Shown here one piece after another: positions 24,401 through 39,400 of a stretch of 64,000 bases of DNA. Positions within the stretch are counted from its first letter, which is position 1, and each line of letters begins with the position of its first letter. Both the position numbers and the translations under genes were made by a program. A model generated the notes under the pieces. It was not told the origin of the DNA. It worked only from the letters and a program-made list of their open reading frames with translations, and ran no database searches. This DNA is from Macrostomum hystrix (lineage: Eukaryota > Animalia > Platyhelminthes): assembly GCA_950097015.1 (NCBI GenBank), contig CATNEN010000038.1, positions 3,162,001-3,226,000 of the forward strand, written 5' to 3'.

Positions 24401-27400
24401 AATTAAAACTCGGCCGGCAAACTCCGGGCCGGGTAGCCACTGAACGGATGGCACAATGCTGATCGAGCTGCACATCAGATTGTCCTGTTGGGGTTCAAGT
24501 AAAATTATCATTTTACGTTTTGTTAACGACTTTTATAAGGTAGCACAAACATCACAAGCTGGGGGTCGGTTATCGCGTCTGCCTCTCGCACCACGGTCCC
24601 TGAGTTCGATTCCACGGCGAGGCCACATTTATTTGGGTAGCAGCCGCGGAGAGAAGACTTGAGGGCTTGTCGTGCAATTTACGCCCTTAAGGGCCAACCT
24701 CCAAGGTACACTGCCTGACGATGAGAAAGTCAGGGCAGATGTACACACCTGTGTGAGCGTATGCCTGTGTACAGTACCTGTGTGCGTGTGTGCTCAGGAG
24801 TCAGCGAAATGGGCAGAATTGCCTCTTCGCTGGCTGCGGGTCTAGTGTCACCAAATGATGTGCCATTGCCCGCAGCCCTCCTGCAATTATTATTAAGCAC
24901 ATGTACATTTTGATGCCCTTACTTGGAGAAATTCTAACATAACTCTAACAAAACATAACTCTCGTACTCTACAATTTAGCTGAAGCTCGTGTGTCTACCT
25001 GTTCTAGCTAAATTCTAGATTCAGAGCTCCATGCTTAAGGTCATGGTCACAGATAATGTCCTATAAACCGATTCGAACTCCAGATCTCTCCGTAATAAGT
25101 CCGGAGCCCTCCAAAAAATGAAACACTGGCAAATCCCATAGCATTCTTGGAAATCTCAAAACACATTCAAATTCTAAAATGCAGTCAAATCCCTAAGCGA
25201 ATTCCCCTACAACACTTGACACTAAATAATCCCATTTAGGAGCAGTCAACTAAAACAGCTGACCTCAATGAAGGTGAACTGATAGGCCACGGTGGCAAAG
25301 GTGAGTTGCAGCGGCTCCACCCGGGATGACAACTCGCCCAGTTGGCATAGCAACGGTAAACAGCGAGAATTAGCGCACGAATAAGTGTAATCGAAGCGGT
25401 GCTGCCGACTGCAGCGGTCACTGGGATTGGTCCTGTTGGCCAGGAGGGGAGGCGGCAGGTTGTCAAGGCGGACATTGTCCGACACATTCACTAGCGAGTA
25501 GTCCAAGAGTTTGGATCTGCCGGACTGCCTGCAGCTGTCAACGTCGTCCGGCTTCAGCCGCAGCGGATTCCTGATGGCCTCCAGCTGGGCGGCGTTGCAC
25601 GTCACCGAGGTCCGCCGACGATCGCCGCTGCCAGCAGAGGCGGCGGTGTGCTGAATGTAGGGCGCAGTCTGCAGGTACATGAGGTATTTGCCGTGCACCT
25701 CGCCAGGCAGCGGTGCTGTCTCTATTGGCCAGTGAATGAGCAGGTAGCTGCTGGGCAGGTAGGCGGCAGCCCGGTTAGCCAAGGTCACGTAAAGCTCCGG
25801 TAGGCGTCTGGGCGAGGTCAGCTTGTACAAGGAGCCCTGGAGACAAGAGATGGAGGGCGAATATTTTATAGGCGATGCTATTTCCCCCTTGTGGAAAGAA
25901 GGGGAATCACTTTTGGATTACAATATTACAATGACCTAAAAAATTACTTAGTAATCTTGTTATTTTAAGAAAAAAAATTATGCAATTTGATCGCGCACCT
26001 GAAATGCGTTGAATCCGAGTAGGGTCTGATTCTGATAGCCCAAACTGGCACTAAACTCGGCCTGCATCGATATCGACAGCACCGTGCGAACTCGAAGCTG
26101 AGTTTTCCAGGTGGCCGCGCTGTCCGGTGTGAGTTCGCTTGAACTGCGGAGCACATTAGATAAGGGGGTTGCAACAGTTCTAGACCATAGACTATAAATT
26201 GTTATTGCGTATTGCATTGCCTAGTAAAGAAGACAAATAAATATAGGAAATTGTAGCCAGATAGACATTAACCATAGACAATTAGTAGCCTGATAAACTA
26301 TTAACCATAGACAATTAGTAGCCTGATAAACTATTAACCATAGACAATTAGTAGCCTGATATACTATTAACCATAAACAATTATTAGCCTGATATACTAT
26401 TAACCATAGACAATTAGTAGCCAGCTGGACTATAATTGATACAAAATATTAGTCTCATCAACAATCCCGAACCTAATCGCTCAGTAAAAAGCCCCAGAGC
26501 TTACGTAATGACGGTAAACTGAAAATTGACGCTGCCGATGTCGCACCGGACGGACTGGGGCTTGAACAGCAGCCGAACCTGGGTTTCACTAGCGACCAGA
26601 CTGCCCAGCAGCACCTTGTCCTGGGCGGACGACTGGAAATGATAAAGGTGAAACAAAATAATGAAAGGAGTGAATTTAATATTAGTAACCGAAATCGCAT
26701 CACAATGTCCCCAAGATCCCACCAAAAAGTCACTCCCAGATCCCATCATAGACACTCCCAGATCCCATCAAAGACACTCCCAGATCCCATCAAAGACACT
26801 CCCAGATCCCATCATAGACACTCCCAGATCCCATCATAAACACTCCCAGATCCCATCATAGACACTCCCAGATCCCATCATAGACACTCCCAGATCCCAT
26901 CAAAGACACTCCCAGATCCCATCATAGACACTCCCAGATCCGATCATAGACACTCCCAGATCCCATCAAAGACACTCCCAGATCCCATCAAAGGCACTCC
27001 CAGATCCGATCATAGACACTCCCAGATCCGATCATAGACACTCCCAGATCCCATCATAGACACTCCCAGATCCCATCAAAGACACTCCCAGATCCCATCA
27101 AAGGCACTCCCAGATCCGATCATAGACACTCCCAGATCCGATCATAGACACTCCCAGATCCCATCAAAGACACTCCCAGATCCCATCAAAGGCACTCCCA
27201 GATCCCATCAAAGACACTCCCAGATCCCATCAAAGGCACTCCCAGATCCGATCATAGACACTCCCAGATCCGATCATAGACACTCCCAGATCCCATCATA
27301 GACACTCCCAGATCCCATCAAAGACACTCCCAGATCCCATCAAAGGCACTCCCAGATCCGATCATAGACACTCCCAGATCCGATCATAGACACTCCCAGA

Positions 27401-30400
27401 TCCCATCAAAGACACTCCCAGATCCCATCAAAGGCACTCCCAGATCCCATCATAAAGACACTCCCAGATCCCATCATAAAGACACTCCCAGATCCCATTA
27501 TAGACACTCCCAGATCCCATCATAGACACTCCCAGATCCCATCATAAAGACACTCCCAGATCCCATCATAAAGACACTCCCAGATCCCATCATAAAGACA
27601 CTCCCAGATCCCATCATAAAGACACTCCCAGATCCCATTATAGACACTCCCAGATCCCATCATAGACACTCCCAGATCCCATCATAAAGACACTCCCAGA
27701 TCCCATTATAGAGACACTCCTTTTCTAAAAAACTCAGTTATCAAGATAAAAAACTGTTTTTTAGTTACTGCTCAACTAAAATGTTTTTCTAGTCTAAATA
27801 GAACCTAGTCTAACGTCAATATCATTATTATCTCCTTTAGATACTTAGCTCAGAACTTTACTCAGAGCTTTAGTGAGACTTTTATGCAGCTTAAATTGCG
27901 CGCTAATCGATTAATTATTAATTAGTTCGTTCCTTGGTTAGTAGCGTGCGACTCAAGGGCAGAATGAAAATAATTAAGCCAAGGCGTCACACACACACAG
28001 GATGAGAAAATGTCGAGGCACTATCAAGTGTCTGCATTACGTCGAAGAAATTTCGCGCAAAAAAAACTTTCCATTGAAAATATTCTTGCGGGGCTTCAAC
28101 TGAAAGCTAAATGAAAGCCAACCATCTAACAATTAGAGATAAGAATAACTGTGTCCAAAGGGTGTGTCCGCTGTATTGCTTCATATAAATCTACTTTAAT
28201 TAGCTGGTCAAGCGAGTTGCGGAGGCTAAACAAGAACTGGCCCCTCACAACCCCGAGGGCGCAATTTAAACTGACCTGCACTTAAGCCGAAAATATTTGT
28301 TTGTTAGTCAGCAGAACCGAAATGTGTCAAGGACAGACTGACAGACTGCACAAAATATAATAGAACTGGCGTGACGAGCTCTGCTCATTAATTTCTGCGT
28401 GCTTTAAAACCCCTTTTCACTTCTTCCCCTTTTTAGTTTCGTATTAAAGACAGGAATGATTCAAAGGAATTACAGTGCAACAGACGGAACTGACAGACTA
28501 GATATTAGACTACTAGACTAAACAAGGGGAAAGGAGAGAAGGTAGAAAGAGTGGGCAGTGTGGAGGAGAGGGGGTAGAAAGAGTGGGCAGTGTGGAGGAG
28601 AGGGGGTAGAAAGAGTGGGCAGTGTGGAGGAGAGGGGGTAGAAAGAGTGGGCAGTGTGGAGGAGAGGGGGGTAGAAAGAGTGGGCAGTGTGGAGGAGAGG
28701 GGGTAGAAAGAGTGGGCAGTGTGGAGGAGAGGGGGTAGAAAGAGTGGGCAGTGTGGAGGAGAGGGGGTAGAAAGAGTGGGCAGTGTGGAGGAGAGGGGGT
28801 AGAAAGAGTGGGCAGTGTGGAGGAGAGGGGGGTAGAAAGAGTGGGCAGTGTGGAGGAGAGGGGGTAGAAAGAGTGGGCAGTGTGGAGGAGAGGGGGTAGA
28901 AAGAGTGGGCAGTGTGGAGGAGAGGGGGTAGAAAGAGTGGGCAGTGTGGAGGAGAGGGGGTAGAAAGAGTGGGCAGTGTGGAGGAGAGGGGGTAGAAAGA
29001 GTGGGCAGTGTGGAGGAGAGGGGGTAGAAAGAGTGGGCAGTGTGGAGGAGAGGGGGTAGAAAGAGTGGGCAGTGTGGAGGAGAGGGGGTAGAAAGAGTGG
29101 GCAGTGTGGAGGAGAGGGGGTAGAAAGAGTGGGCAGTGTGGAGGAGAGGGGGTAGAAAGAGTGGGCAGTGTGGAGGAGAGGGGGTAGAAAGAGTGGCTAG
29201 AGCTGGGGTTGGCAGTTGGGTTGAAAAAAGAGAGCTCAATAACAATTCGGATGTCAAAAAATACGTCGAGATAAAAAAAATAGACAAAATCATCAGGACC
29301 CCGATGGGATGGGGATTTCGGGAAGTGCCAGCCGCCGCAATATTTCATCGGCAGGGGAGCAGTAAAGCGGGGATCAGACAGGAGCGATTGGGGAACAGAA
29401 TTCTGAGGCAGCATAAAAATCGCAGATGCATTGAGGGACAGGGCAAGGAGACACAGGAAAAGCAATTGACAGGGTCAAACGCAAGCACTCAAACAGCTCT
29501 ACGCCTCCCCCGCTGAGCACACTGAGCACAGTGTGCTCAACGCCATTTTCTGATTACGTAACCTCGATGAGTCGCTGACTGAAATTTCAATGCGGAGAAC
29601 TCACCGCCACTGAGGAGGAAGGAGACAGGAGGGGAGATGAGAGAGGGCAGAACTGTAGGTCTGTTTTTTAAATCGAAAAACCAGGGAGCATATTTAGCTA
29701 GAAACCTAGGATTCCACCCCAGACGGGGATAAAAAAGTGCCACACACAGATACCTGACTGGGCAGGGGCATCCGCTGCCCCATCGACTCCCTAATTGGCA
29801 TAACGTGTTTCGCCTCGAGTCTCCCGACCCCGGAGGCGGCTGGCGACCAGTGGGAAGAAAGAAAGTATAAAAAATCGTCTACTGCGTCCCAATAAATCCC
29901 TTGAGGGGGTCGAAACAATCCAAAGCCGCCTTCTGCCCATTTTGCTGAGATCTGGGAAAAAAAGAAACACAATTCTGAAAAACTGCGTCCACAACAGGAG
30001 ACAAAAGCCAGCGCAAAGGCAGTTTTATTTACGATAGGAAATTAAGGCGCATTGGGTTACAGAGGCGGTCATTGCAGCTAGCTAATAGTCTGTTCAAGCA
30101 GCAATGCGCGACCCCATTGTTCAGCTGGGCGGAATTAACTAGCGAGAAAAACTTGCCTGATTGACAGATATGAGGACAGGACTGGACAGGACAGGAGAGG
30201 AGAGAACGGAACAGGATGGGATTGGACAGGACAGGACAGGACAGGACAGGACAGGACAGGACAGGATAGGACAGGACAGGACAGGATAGGACAGGACAGG
30301 ACAGGACAGGATAGGATAGGACAGGACAGGATAGGACAGGACAGGATAGGATAGGATAGGACAGGACAGGACAGGATAGGACAGGACAGGACAGGACAGG

Positions 30401-33400
30401 ACAGGACAGGACAGGACAGGACAGGACAGAAGCAGACAACGTAGATCAGTCAGCAGCAGTGGAAGGACTCACCACAGTGACAGACTGAAAGCCGGCGCCG
30501 ACGCCGCTTTGCACAGCGCCACCGACCAGGGCGAGAGCGGCCGAGTCAAACTGCAGGCGCAGGTAGACATTGTAGGCAGGCTCGCCGTCTGAGGCGACCC
30601 GGCAGAGCAGCTCCAGAGCCCTGTCCGAGTCATCGGTGATGAGCAGCTCTGGCTCCTGACTGGCCGGATCGCTGAGTAAGGCGGAGTTTCACAGTTTGAA
30701 AAAAATATAGTACGACTGCAGATATAGACTCATGTAATAATAATAATTGCAGGAGGACTGCGGGCAATGGCACATCATTTGGTGACACTAGATCTGCAGC
30801 CAGCGAGGAGGCAATTCTGCCCATTTCTCTGACTCCTGAGCACACACGCACACAGGTACCACGCTCACACAGGTGCGTACATCTGCCCTGACTTTCTCAT
30901 CGTCAGGCAGTGTACACTCACTGTGCTTTGGAGGTTGGCCCTCAATGGCGTAAATTGCACGACAAGCCCTACCAAGCCTTCTCTCCGCTGCTGCGCCCCA
31001 AATAAATGGGGCCTCGCCGCCGAATCGAACTCAGGGACCTTGGCGTTAACCGCTCTGCCACACCCCTCACCCGACCCAGCTAAGACTAATGCATTAGCTA
31101 TTGGCATTATCTGTACTGAAAAATATCCCCTCCAATATCCTACAGCCTGAGTTTATCCCTTTCAGCAAGATCCCAGATCTTCTCATCCGACTTTCAGACC
31201 CCCTTTGAGCTAGAGAAAAAAGTTAATTACAGTCTCAAAGCCAGCAGAGCCTGTAGCGCTATTCGGTAAGGTTAATCACAGCTTAGTTCCCACAAGTATA
31301 AATTATATAATAGGCCTTGCATTAACTAACAAAACTCTACATGAGTTCAATCAGTTTAAGAGGCTTGTACATGTTACGGACTCACCGGGTGGCATTTGAT
31401 TGACAGGTCACAGTCAGCCGGGTGAGGCAGCGAATTCCAGCGCAGCCGTGATCCCACGGTATCTGCCAGTGTCAACAGTGAGGTGGGGGAGGCGGCAATC
31501 ACAATAATCACGTGATCAACAACATCAGTCACGTGACTGATTAATTAAATGAAAAGCCTGACAAGATAGATAGGAAATTCTGTTTCACTACGCGAGGAGC
31601 CCTCGAGGCGATTGAGAACAAAATGTGAGAATAAAAAATTACAGTGAGGCTATGCTCAACTATATTTTTTTCTCGCCCGCCAGCAAGTTCCGTTCTAACT
31701 TCCGCGTCGCTTTAGATCGTATCCGCGAGTATAAGAATTACATGTATTCAATGAATCTAAGACACACACACACAGATGTGATGTCAGCGATATTAAAAGG
31801 CGGCTCACATACGCCATAATGCTTGTAGGAAATAAAAAATCACCGCACAGAGGAGGGAAGAATTATTGATTCTAGGAAATGGATCTCGCGAGGAGGGAGG
31901 GGTGGCTAGGGTTGATGGAGATAGGAGAGGGAATTGATGACAAGCACAAATGCCGACAGAAATAGCTGAAACTGGACAGAGATGACAAACAAATGCTTTA
32001 CTTTGCGATGGGATTATAGGCAAGATGGGATGGGGAAATACGATTGTACAAGGCAGCTCGGATTGAATACAACCCGATGAGATAGTAGGAACAGCCAGCC
32101 AGAAGTGGTGTCAGAGGACACCCTAATGAGACAGGCAGAAGTGGTGTCAGATTACACCACAATGAGACAGGCAGAAGTAGTGTCTGAGGACACCCAGTGA
32201 GACAGGCAGAAGTAGTGTCTGAGGACACCCAGTGAGACAGGCAGAAGTGGTGTCTGAGGACACCCAGTGAGACAGGCAGAAGTGGTGTCTGAGGACACCC
32301 AGTGAGACAGGCAGAAGTGGTGTCAGAGTACACCACAATGAGACAGGCAGAAGTGGTGTCAGAGTACACCACAATGAGACAGGCAGAAGTGGTGTCTGAG
32401 GACACCCTAATGAGACAGGCAGAAGTGGTGTCAGAGTACACCAAAATGAGACAGGCAGAAGTGGTGTCTGAGTACACCACAATGAGACAGGCAGAAGTGG
32501 TGTCTGAGGACACCCTAATGAGACAGGCAGAAGTGGTGTCACAGTACACCCCAATGAGACAGGCAGAAGTGGTGTCTGAGGACACCCAGTGAGACAGGCA
32601 GAAGTGGTGTCTGAGGACACCCAGTGAGACAGGCAGAAGTGGTGTCTGAGGAGACCACAATGAGACAGGCAGAAGTGGTGTCAGAGGACAAAAGTGAGAA
32701 AGTGATTTATAACATCAAGAAGTGACGCCCAGAATTACGCCGTGCTTGAACCAGATGGAAATCAAATAAGAGTTTCGTGAACTGTGAGACAGCTGTGATA
32801 AGGCCCACAATGAAAAAAGTGCACACAGGGGCCAAGTCACGATCAGGATAAAGTCCAATCATTCAATCACATCCTTCTAGGCTAATCTGTCGTGAGAGTA
32901 TTATAATAACTACATAATACTAGGCAGCTTGAGGGAAATGAGTTCTGGAGTCCTTAGTCTCGCATCCAAATAATTGTTTGACTGCCGTGAAAAGGACATA
33001 TTATAAATAGGATACCGTAGCAAATTGTTCTTATTGACAATATCTTTTTATAACAAAACCGAAAATGTATCTTTAAATGCCGTGTCAAGTTTTCATAGTC
33101 TTTCAATTGCAATTTTTAGAGGCCAACTTAATGATGATTATGGAAAGTTGGATTATGAGATTGGAGATTCGGGGGCATGAGATTTTAGAAGATGTGAGAT
33201 TTGGGAGATGCTCGATTTGGGATGGGAGATGTTGGATTTGGGATGGGAGATGTTGGATTTGGGATGGGAGATGTTGGATTTGGGATGGGAGATGTTGGAT
33301 TTGGGATGGGAGATGTTGGATTTGGGATGGGAGATGTTGGATTTGGGATGGGAGATGTTGGATTTGGGATGGGAGATGTTGGATTTGGGATGGGAGATGT

Positions 33401-36400
33401 TGGATTTGAAAGATGAGGAATTTGGGAGTTGAGGGAGTTGGAATGGGAGATGTTGGCTTTGGGAAATGAGGGATTTGGAAGATGAGGGGATGTGGGATTG
33501 TGGGCTGTGGGATTTGAGAATTTGAGGATGTGGGATTAGGGGGATGTTAGGTATGGAAGACGTAGGATTTGGGGATATGGGATTAGGGGATTTTAAAACG
33601 CTTGCACAGCTGAAATAGGAGATTTTTGCGGCGATGATAATTAGGGAAAGTTAAGTTTGGAGATAGCAAAATTTGGTGGAAGAGAAACGGCCCAGAAATA
33701 ACGACTCGTTAATTTTTGGCATTGAGCCAAAGAGAAAAAAAAGAAACGAAAAAATCTAAGCGAGTAGCGTTAAGAATCTAGATAGATCCCATTAATACGA
33801 GTACATTAACGGGGAGTATAATCTAACGGGGGTATTATAATTAATTATACAGTCAGAATATGAGGACTAATACGAGCCACACACACATCCATATTCACAC
33901 TGAGTGAGTTTGGAGTTCTTCATTTACCATGACAGAAGGCAAAAGAGATGGGGACCCCGGGGGGGAAGAAGTGGCCGGATAAAAAAGCGGGCTATGGAGA
34001 GCTCAGGACCGATGGGGAGACTCATAGGGGAATACGGTTGAGAATTCCAGGCCCGGTAGGGCAGAGGTTGGAGAATGAGTCAGTGGCTCCGGGATGCTAA
34101 ATAAGGCTCGGAAACAGTTTTTTCTGGGATGTGGGACAGCATGAGCAGAGAACAGGCTTGTGAACGGGCAAAAGAAGAAACGGAGAGAGAGAACAAGAGC
34201 AGAAGCAGAATTTCGGCAAGCTGGCCTGCAAATAGGACTCCGAGAAATAGGGCTCCTTTAAGAAGGTCTGGGGGAGGCCGTCACAAGATTGCTGCTGCTG
34301 ATAATGCAGTACAGCACTACTGTTATTTAAAGATTTATTACTAGGCCAGTAACTATTTATTACAACACTGCGCTGTAAAATTATCATGCACTGTTTGGCC
34401 CTATGACTTGCGACTTATTTGACTTCCGTCTGTCACACTGTCTGACTTCCGTCTGTCTCACTGTCTGACTTCCGTCTGTCTCACTGTCTGACTTCCGTCT
34501 GTCTCACTGTCTGACTTCCGTCTGTCTCACTGTCTCACTGTCTGACTTCCGTCTGTCTCACTGTCTCACTGTCTGTCTCACTGTCTGACTTCTATCTGTC
34601 TCTCTGCCTGACTTCCGTTTGTCTCACTGTCTCACTGTCTCACTGTCTGACTTCCGTCTGTCTCACTGTCTGACTTCTATCTGTCTCTCTGCCTGACTTC
34701 CGTCTTTCTCACTGTCTGACTTCTGCCTGTACTGTCTAGTGTGTCTTACAGTATGGTCTGACTTCCGTCCGTCTCACGACTTACCCAAGAATCGTTTACC
34801 TGTTGATTCGCTAGTAAAATCAGGAAGGCTGAATCGTTACAAAACGCACATGTCAAGGGCCTCGATTCCCTAATTGAATATTTAAAGTATAGTTACAGGC
34901 TTACAGCTAGATTGTAGCTAAACAATTAGTTCTGTTTATCAAATCGGTTCAATTTAGAGTATCGAAACTGGAATCCATATCAGTGAATTTTGGTACATAC
35001 AGTATTATTGGCATAGCACTCATGTGTTTTTGCAGATTGAACATGGCACTTGAGGGGCCGGTTGATAAGATAGGATACATCAGTAGCATTTATTCGATAT
35101 CGCATAGCTATGGCAGGCGAGCGTTTGTGCGCTGTCCCGTTAAAACAACACTAAGCGGTGTAGATCAAACAATAACAATGCACAGATAACATTCTCTTAT
35201 CATCCGATTTGATTATATAAAATAGTAGATAGTAGTAAAATCATATAGTAGATAGAACTAAAATGCTTAGTCAGAAATCATTCGCATATCCAGTGACCAG
35301 ATAAGACTTGCACTTGGCACCGTTATAAACAATGGGACTGCTTCACTGAAGCACCATTGGAAACAATGGGACTGCCTCACTGAAGCACCATTGGAAACAA
35401 TGGGACTGCCTCACTGAAGCACCATTGGAAACAATGGGACTGCCTCACTGAAGCACCATTGGAAACAATGGGACTGCCTGGGTCATTACTGGGTCATTGA
35501 AGGATCAGGGGAGGTAATTACTGGGTCATTGAAGGATCAGGGAAGGTAATTACTGGGTCATAGAAGGATCAGGGAAGGTAATTACTGGGTCATTGAAGGA
35601 TCAGGGGAGGTAATTACTCGGTCATTGAAGGATCAGGGGAGGTAATGACTGGGTCATTGAAGGATCAGGGGAGGTAATGACTGGGTCATTGAAGGATCAG
35701 GGGAGGTAATTACTTGGTCATTGAAGGATCAGGGGAGGTAATTACTGGGTCATTGAAGGATCAGGGGAGGTAATTACTGGGTCATTGAAGGATCAGGGGA
35801 GGTAATTACTCGGTCATTGAAGGATCAGGGGAGGTAATGACTGGGTCATTGAAGGATCAGGGGAGGTAATGACTGGGTCATTGAAGGATCAGGGGAGGTA
35901 ATGACTGGGTCATTGAAGGATCAGGGGAGGTAATTACTTGGTCATTGAAGGATCAGGGGAGGTAATTACTGGGTCATTGAAGGATCAGGGGAGGTAATTA
36001 CTGGGTCATTGAAGGATCAGGGGAGGTAATTACTCGGTCATTGAAGGATCAGGGGAGGTAATGACTGGGTCATTGAAGGATCAGGGGAGGTAATTACTCG
36101 GTCATTGAAGGATCAGGGGAGGTAATGACTGGGTCATTGAAGGATCAGGGCAGGTGATTACTGGGTCATTGAAGGATCAGGGGAGGTAATTACTCGGTCA
36201 TTGAAGGATCAGGGGAGGTAATGACTGGGTCATTGAAGGATCAGGGGAGGTAATTACTGGGTCATTGAAGGATCAGGGGAGGTAATTAATGGGTCATTGA
36301 AGGATCAGGGGAGGTAATTAATGGGTCATTGAAGGATCAGGGGAGGTGATTACTGGGTAATTGAAGGATCAGGGAGGTAATTACTGGGTAATTGAAGGAT

Positions 36401-39400
36401 CAGGGAGGTAATTACTGGGTAATTGAAGGATCAGGGAGGTAATGAATGGGTCATTGAATATCTAAGCAATTTCAGAAGCAGTTGAATGCTGGTCGCTAAC
36501 TAGCACCTGTTAAAAATGATAAACGACAGGGGTCAGTGACGCACCCAGGCGAACATAGAGTGTGTGCTACTTGCGTGGCATTGGCTGCTATATCAAACTA
36601 ATCAGTTCTGAAATCAGTGGTTAGGCACTAAGGAAATGAAGAGTGAGAAAATAACTTGCGCGCTAAGAAAAACTAACTACTGGAAGGCACAATGCAACAG
36701 GAACACAGCAATGCTACTTCGCACCAATACTAATCCAATGAATTACTAGATAAAAACTGAATGATTATTTATTGGAAAGGATAGTTTTGAAGCTGAGAGA
36801 ATCACTTGAAAATAAGGTTGAAATTTTTTAATTGGGAAAACATTAAATGATTGTCACAGTTTTTTATATAGGATTCTTTCGGAACTAATGGGACACTTTT
36901 TAAACTAAGGGGATCCTATTGAAACTGATGGGATAATTTTGAAACTGATGGGATCATTTTGTAACTGATGGGATAATTTTGTAACTGATAGGATCATTTT
37001 GTAACTTATGGGATCATTTTGAACCTGATGGGATCATATTGAAACTATTGGGATCATTTTGAAACTGATGGGATAATTTTGAAACTGATGGGATAATTTT
37101 GAAACTGATGGGATCATTTCGAAACTATTGGGATCATTTTGAAACTGATGGGATAATTTTGAAACTGATGGGATAATTTTGAAACTGATGGGATAATTTT
37201 GAAACTGATAAGATAATTTTGAAACTGATGGGATAATTTTGAAACTGATGGGATAATTTTGAAACTGATGGGATAATTTTGAAACTATTGGGATCATTTC
37301 GAAACTATTGGGATCATTTTGAAACTGATGGGCTCATTTAGAAACTGATGGTTCATTTTGAAACTGATGGGATAATTTTGAAACTGATGGGATAATTTTG
37401 AAACTGATGGGATAATTTTGAAACTGATGGTTCATTTTGAAACTGATGGGATAATTTTGAAACTGATGGTTCATTTTGAAACTGATGGGATCATTTTGAA
37501 CCTGATGGGATCATTTTGAACCTGATGGGATTACCTGATTGGACGATGTTGAAATAGATGAGATCCTTACAGATCTCCTATCTGAAACTCCCAGTGAAAT
37601 AACTCACGCTCTGCAAGAGAAATCTTTCTCCATCGGCATGCCGCAGGCCCTGCAGATGCGGTGCTGCGAGCAGGGCGGACCTGGCCGCCTTCGGCACCGT
37701 GCCTGGCGGCCCAGGATTTGACGGATCGGCCTTCCAAACAGCTTCAATTTGCAGCGGACTAGTTAGGTCGGCCTCGTTATTCTGAAAAATTCGGTTTTAG
37801 GGCAATAAATCCAATATTCCCAAAAGATTTCCTCAAACTTTTTAGATTTAAAGTTCTAAAATCCCAATCCTAAAGGAGCCTTTAAAGATCCCAATCCCAA
37901 CGGTGTCTTCTAAGATCCCAATCCTAACGGTGACTTCTAAGATCCCAATTATAATGGTGCCTTCTAAGATCCCAATCATAAAGGAGCCTTCTAAGATCCC
38001 AATCCCAACGGTGACTTCTAAGATCCCAATTATAATGGTGCCTTCTAAGATCCCAATCATAAAGGAGCCTTCTAAGATCTCAATCCCAACGGTGACTTTT
38101 AAGATCCCAATCCCAACGGTGGCTTCTAAGATCCCAATCCTAACGGTGACTTTTAAGATCCCAATCCTAACGGTGACTTCTAAGATCCCAATCCTAACGG
38201 TGACTTCTAAGATCCCAATCCCAACGGTGACTTCAAAGATCCCAATCCCAACGGTGGCTTCTAAGATCTCAATCCCAACGGTGACTTTTAAGATCCCAAT
38301 CCCAACGGTGACTTTTAAGATCCCAATCCCAACGGTGACTTCTAAGATCCCAATTATAATGGTGCCTTCTAAGATCCCAATCATAAAGGAGCCTTCTAAG
38401 ATCTCAATCCCAACGGTGAATTTTAAGATCCCAATCCCAACGGTGACTTCTAAGATCCCAATCCTAACGGTGACTTCTAAGATCCCAATCCCAACGGTGA
38501 CTTCAAAGATCCCAATCCCAACGGTGGCTTCTAAGATCTCAATCCCAACGGTGACTTTTAAGATCCCAATCCCAACGGTGACTTTTAAGATCCCAATCCC
38601 AACGGTGACTTCTAAGATCCCAATTATAATGGTGCCTTCTAAGATCCCAATCATAAAGGAGCCTTCTAAGATCTCAATCCCAACGGTGAATTTTAAGATC
38701 CCAATCCCAACGGTGGCTTCTAAGATCCCAATCCTAACGGTGACTTTTAAGATCCCAATCCTAACGGTGACTTTTAAGATCCCAATCCTAACGGTGACTT
38801 TTAAGATCCCAATCCTAACGGTGACTTCTAAGATCTCAATCCCAACGGTGACTTTTAAGATCCCAATCCCAACGGTGGCTTCTAAGATCCCAATCCCAAC
38901 GGTGACTTCTTAGATCCAAATCCCAACCGTGACTTCTAAGATCCCAATCCTAACGGTGTCTTTTAAGATCCCAATCATAAAGGAGCCTTCTAAGATCCAA
39001 ATCCCAAATATGACTTATAAGATCCAAATCCTAACCGTGACTTCTAAGATCCCAATCCTAACGGAGTCTTTTAAGATCCCAATCATAAAGGAGCCTTCTA
39101 AGATCCAAATCCCAAATATGACTTATAAGATCCAAATCCTAACCGTGACTTCTAAGATCATGGGATCCCTAGTTAAAGTGCCAGAAGCCAAACCAAACAA
39201 TGTTACCAGTAATAATTTCTGATCGTAGGCCAGCCGGAGGGTGAACTGTTCAGCCGTGGACTTAGTCACAACCAGCGTATTGTTTGGCTCCAGATCTAGC
39301 AGCTGAAATCTTGGCCTAGCCAGGCCCGGCCAGGTGTCGATAAAGAACTGCACGCGCAGACTGTAGGCCAGACTGCTGCCCGGTGGCAAAGCGGGACTGC

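Noticed and set aside
25060-25110. Isolated B-box-like GAGTTCGAATC on the minus strand (and a similar one at ~45308 on the plus strand)
   Set aside because: Too short and degenerate to call; probably SINE debris.
29200-30000. Possible nested gene in integrin intron 10 (also 33900-34390 in intron 8)
   Set aside because: Short ORFs with no recognisable motifs and no coherent splice chain.
30029-30125. Extra integrin exon with LCNPM, resembling the calf-1 GNPM motif
   Set aside because: The available donor sites give the wrong phase, and exon 10 joins exon 11 in frame without it.
32101-36458. 32-36-bp repeats resembling CRISPR repeat lengths
   Set aside because: Units are contiguous with no unique spacers, there are no cas genes, and the context is a eukaryotic intron.
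37848-38913. 336-aa and 268-aa repetitive ORFs
   Set aside because: 27-bp minisatellite wholly within integrin intron 7, open on both strands. The same applies to the ORFs at 14555-15162, 17250-17589, 18315-19289, 28505-29465, 41086-41662 and 43513-44490.
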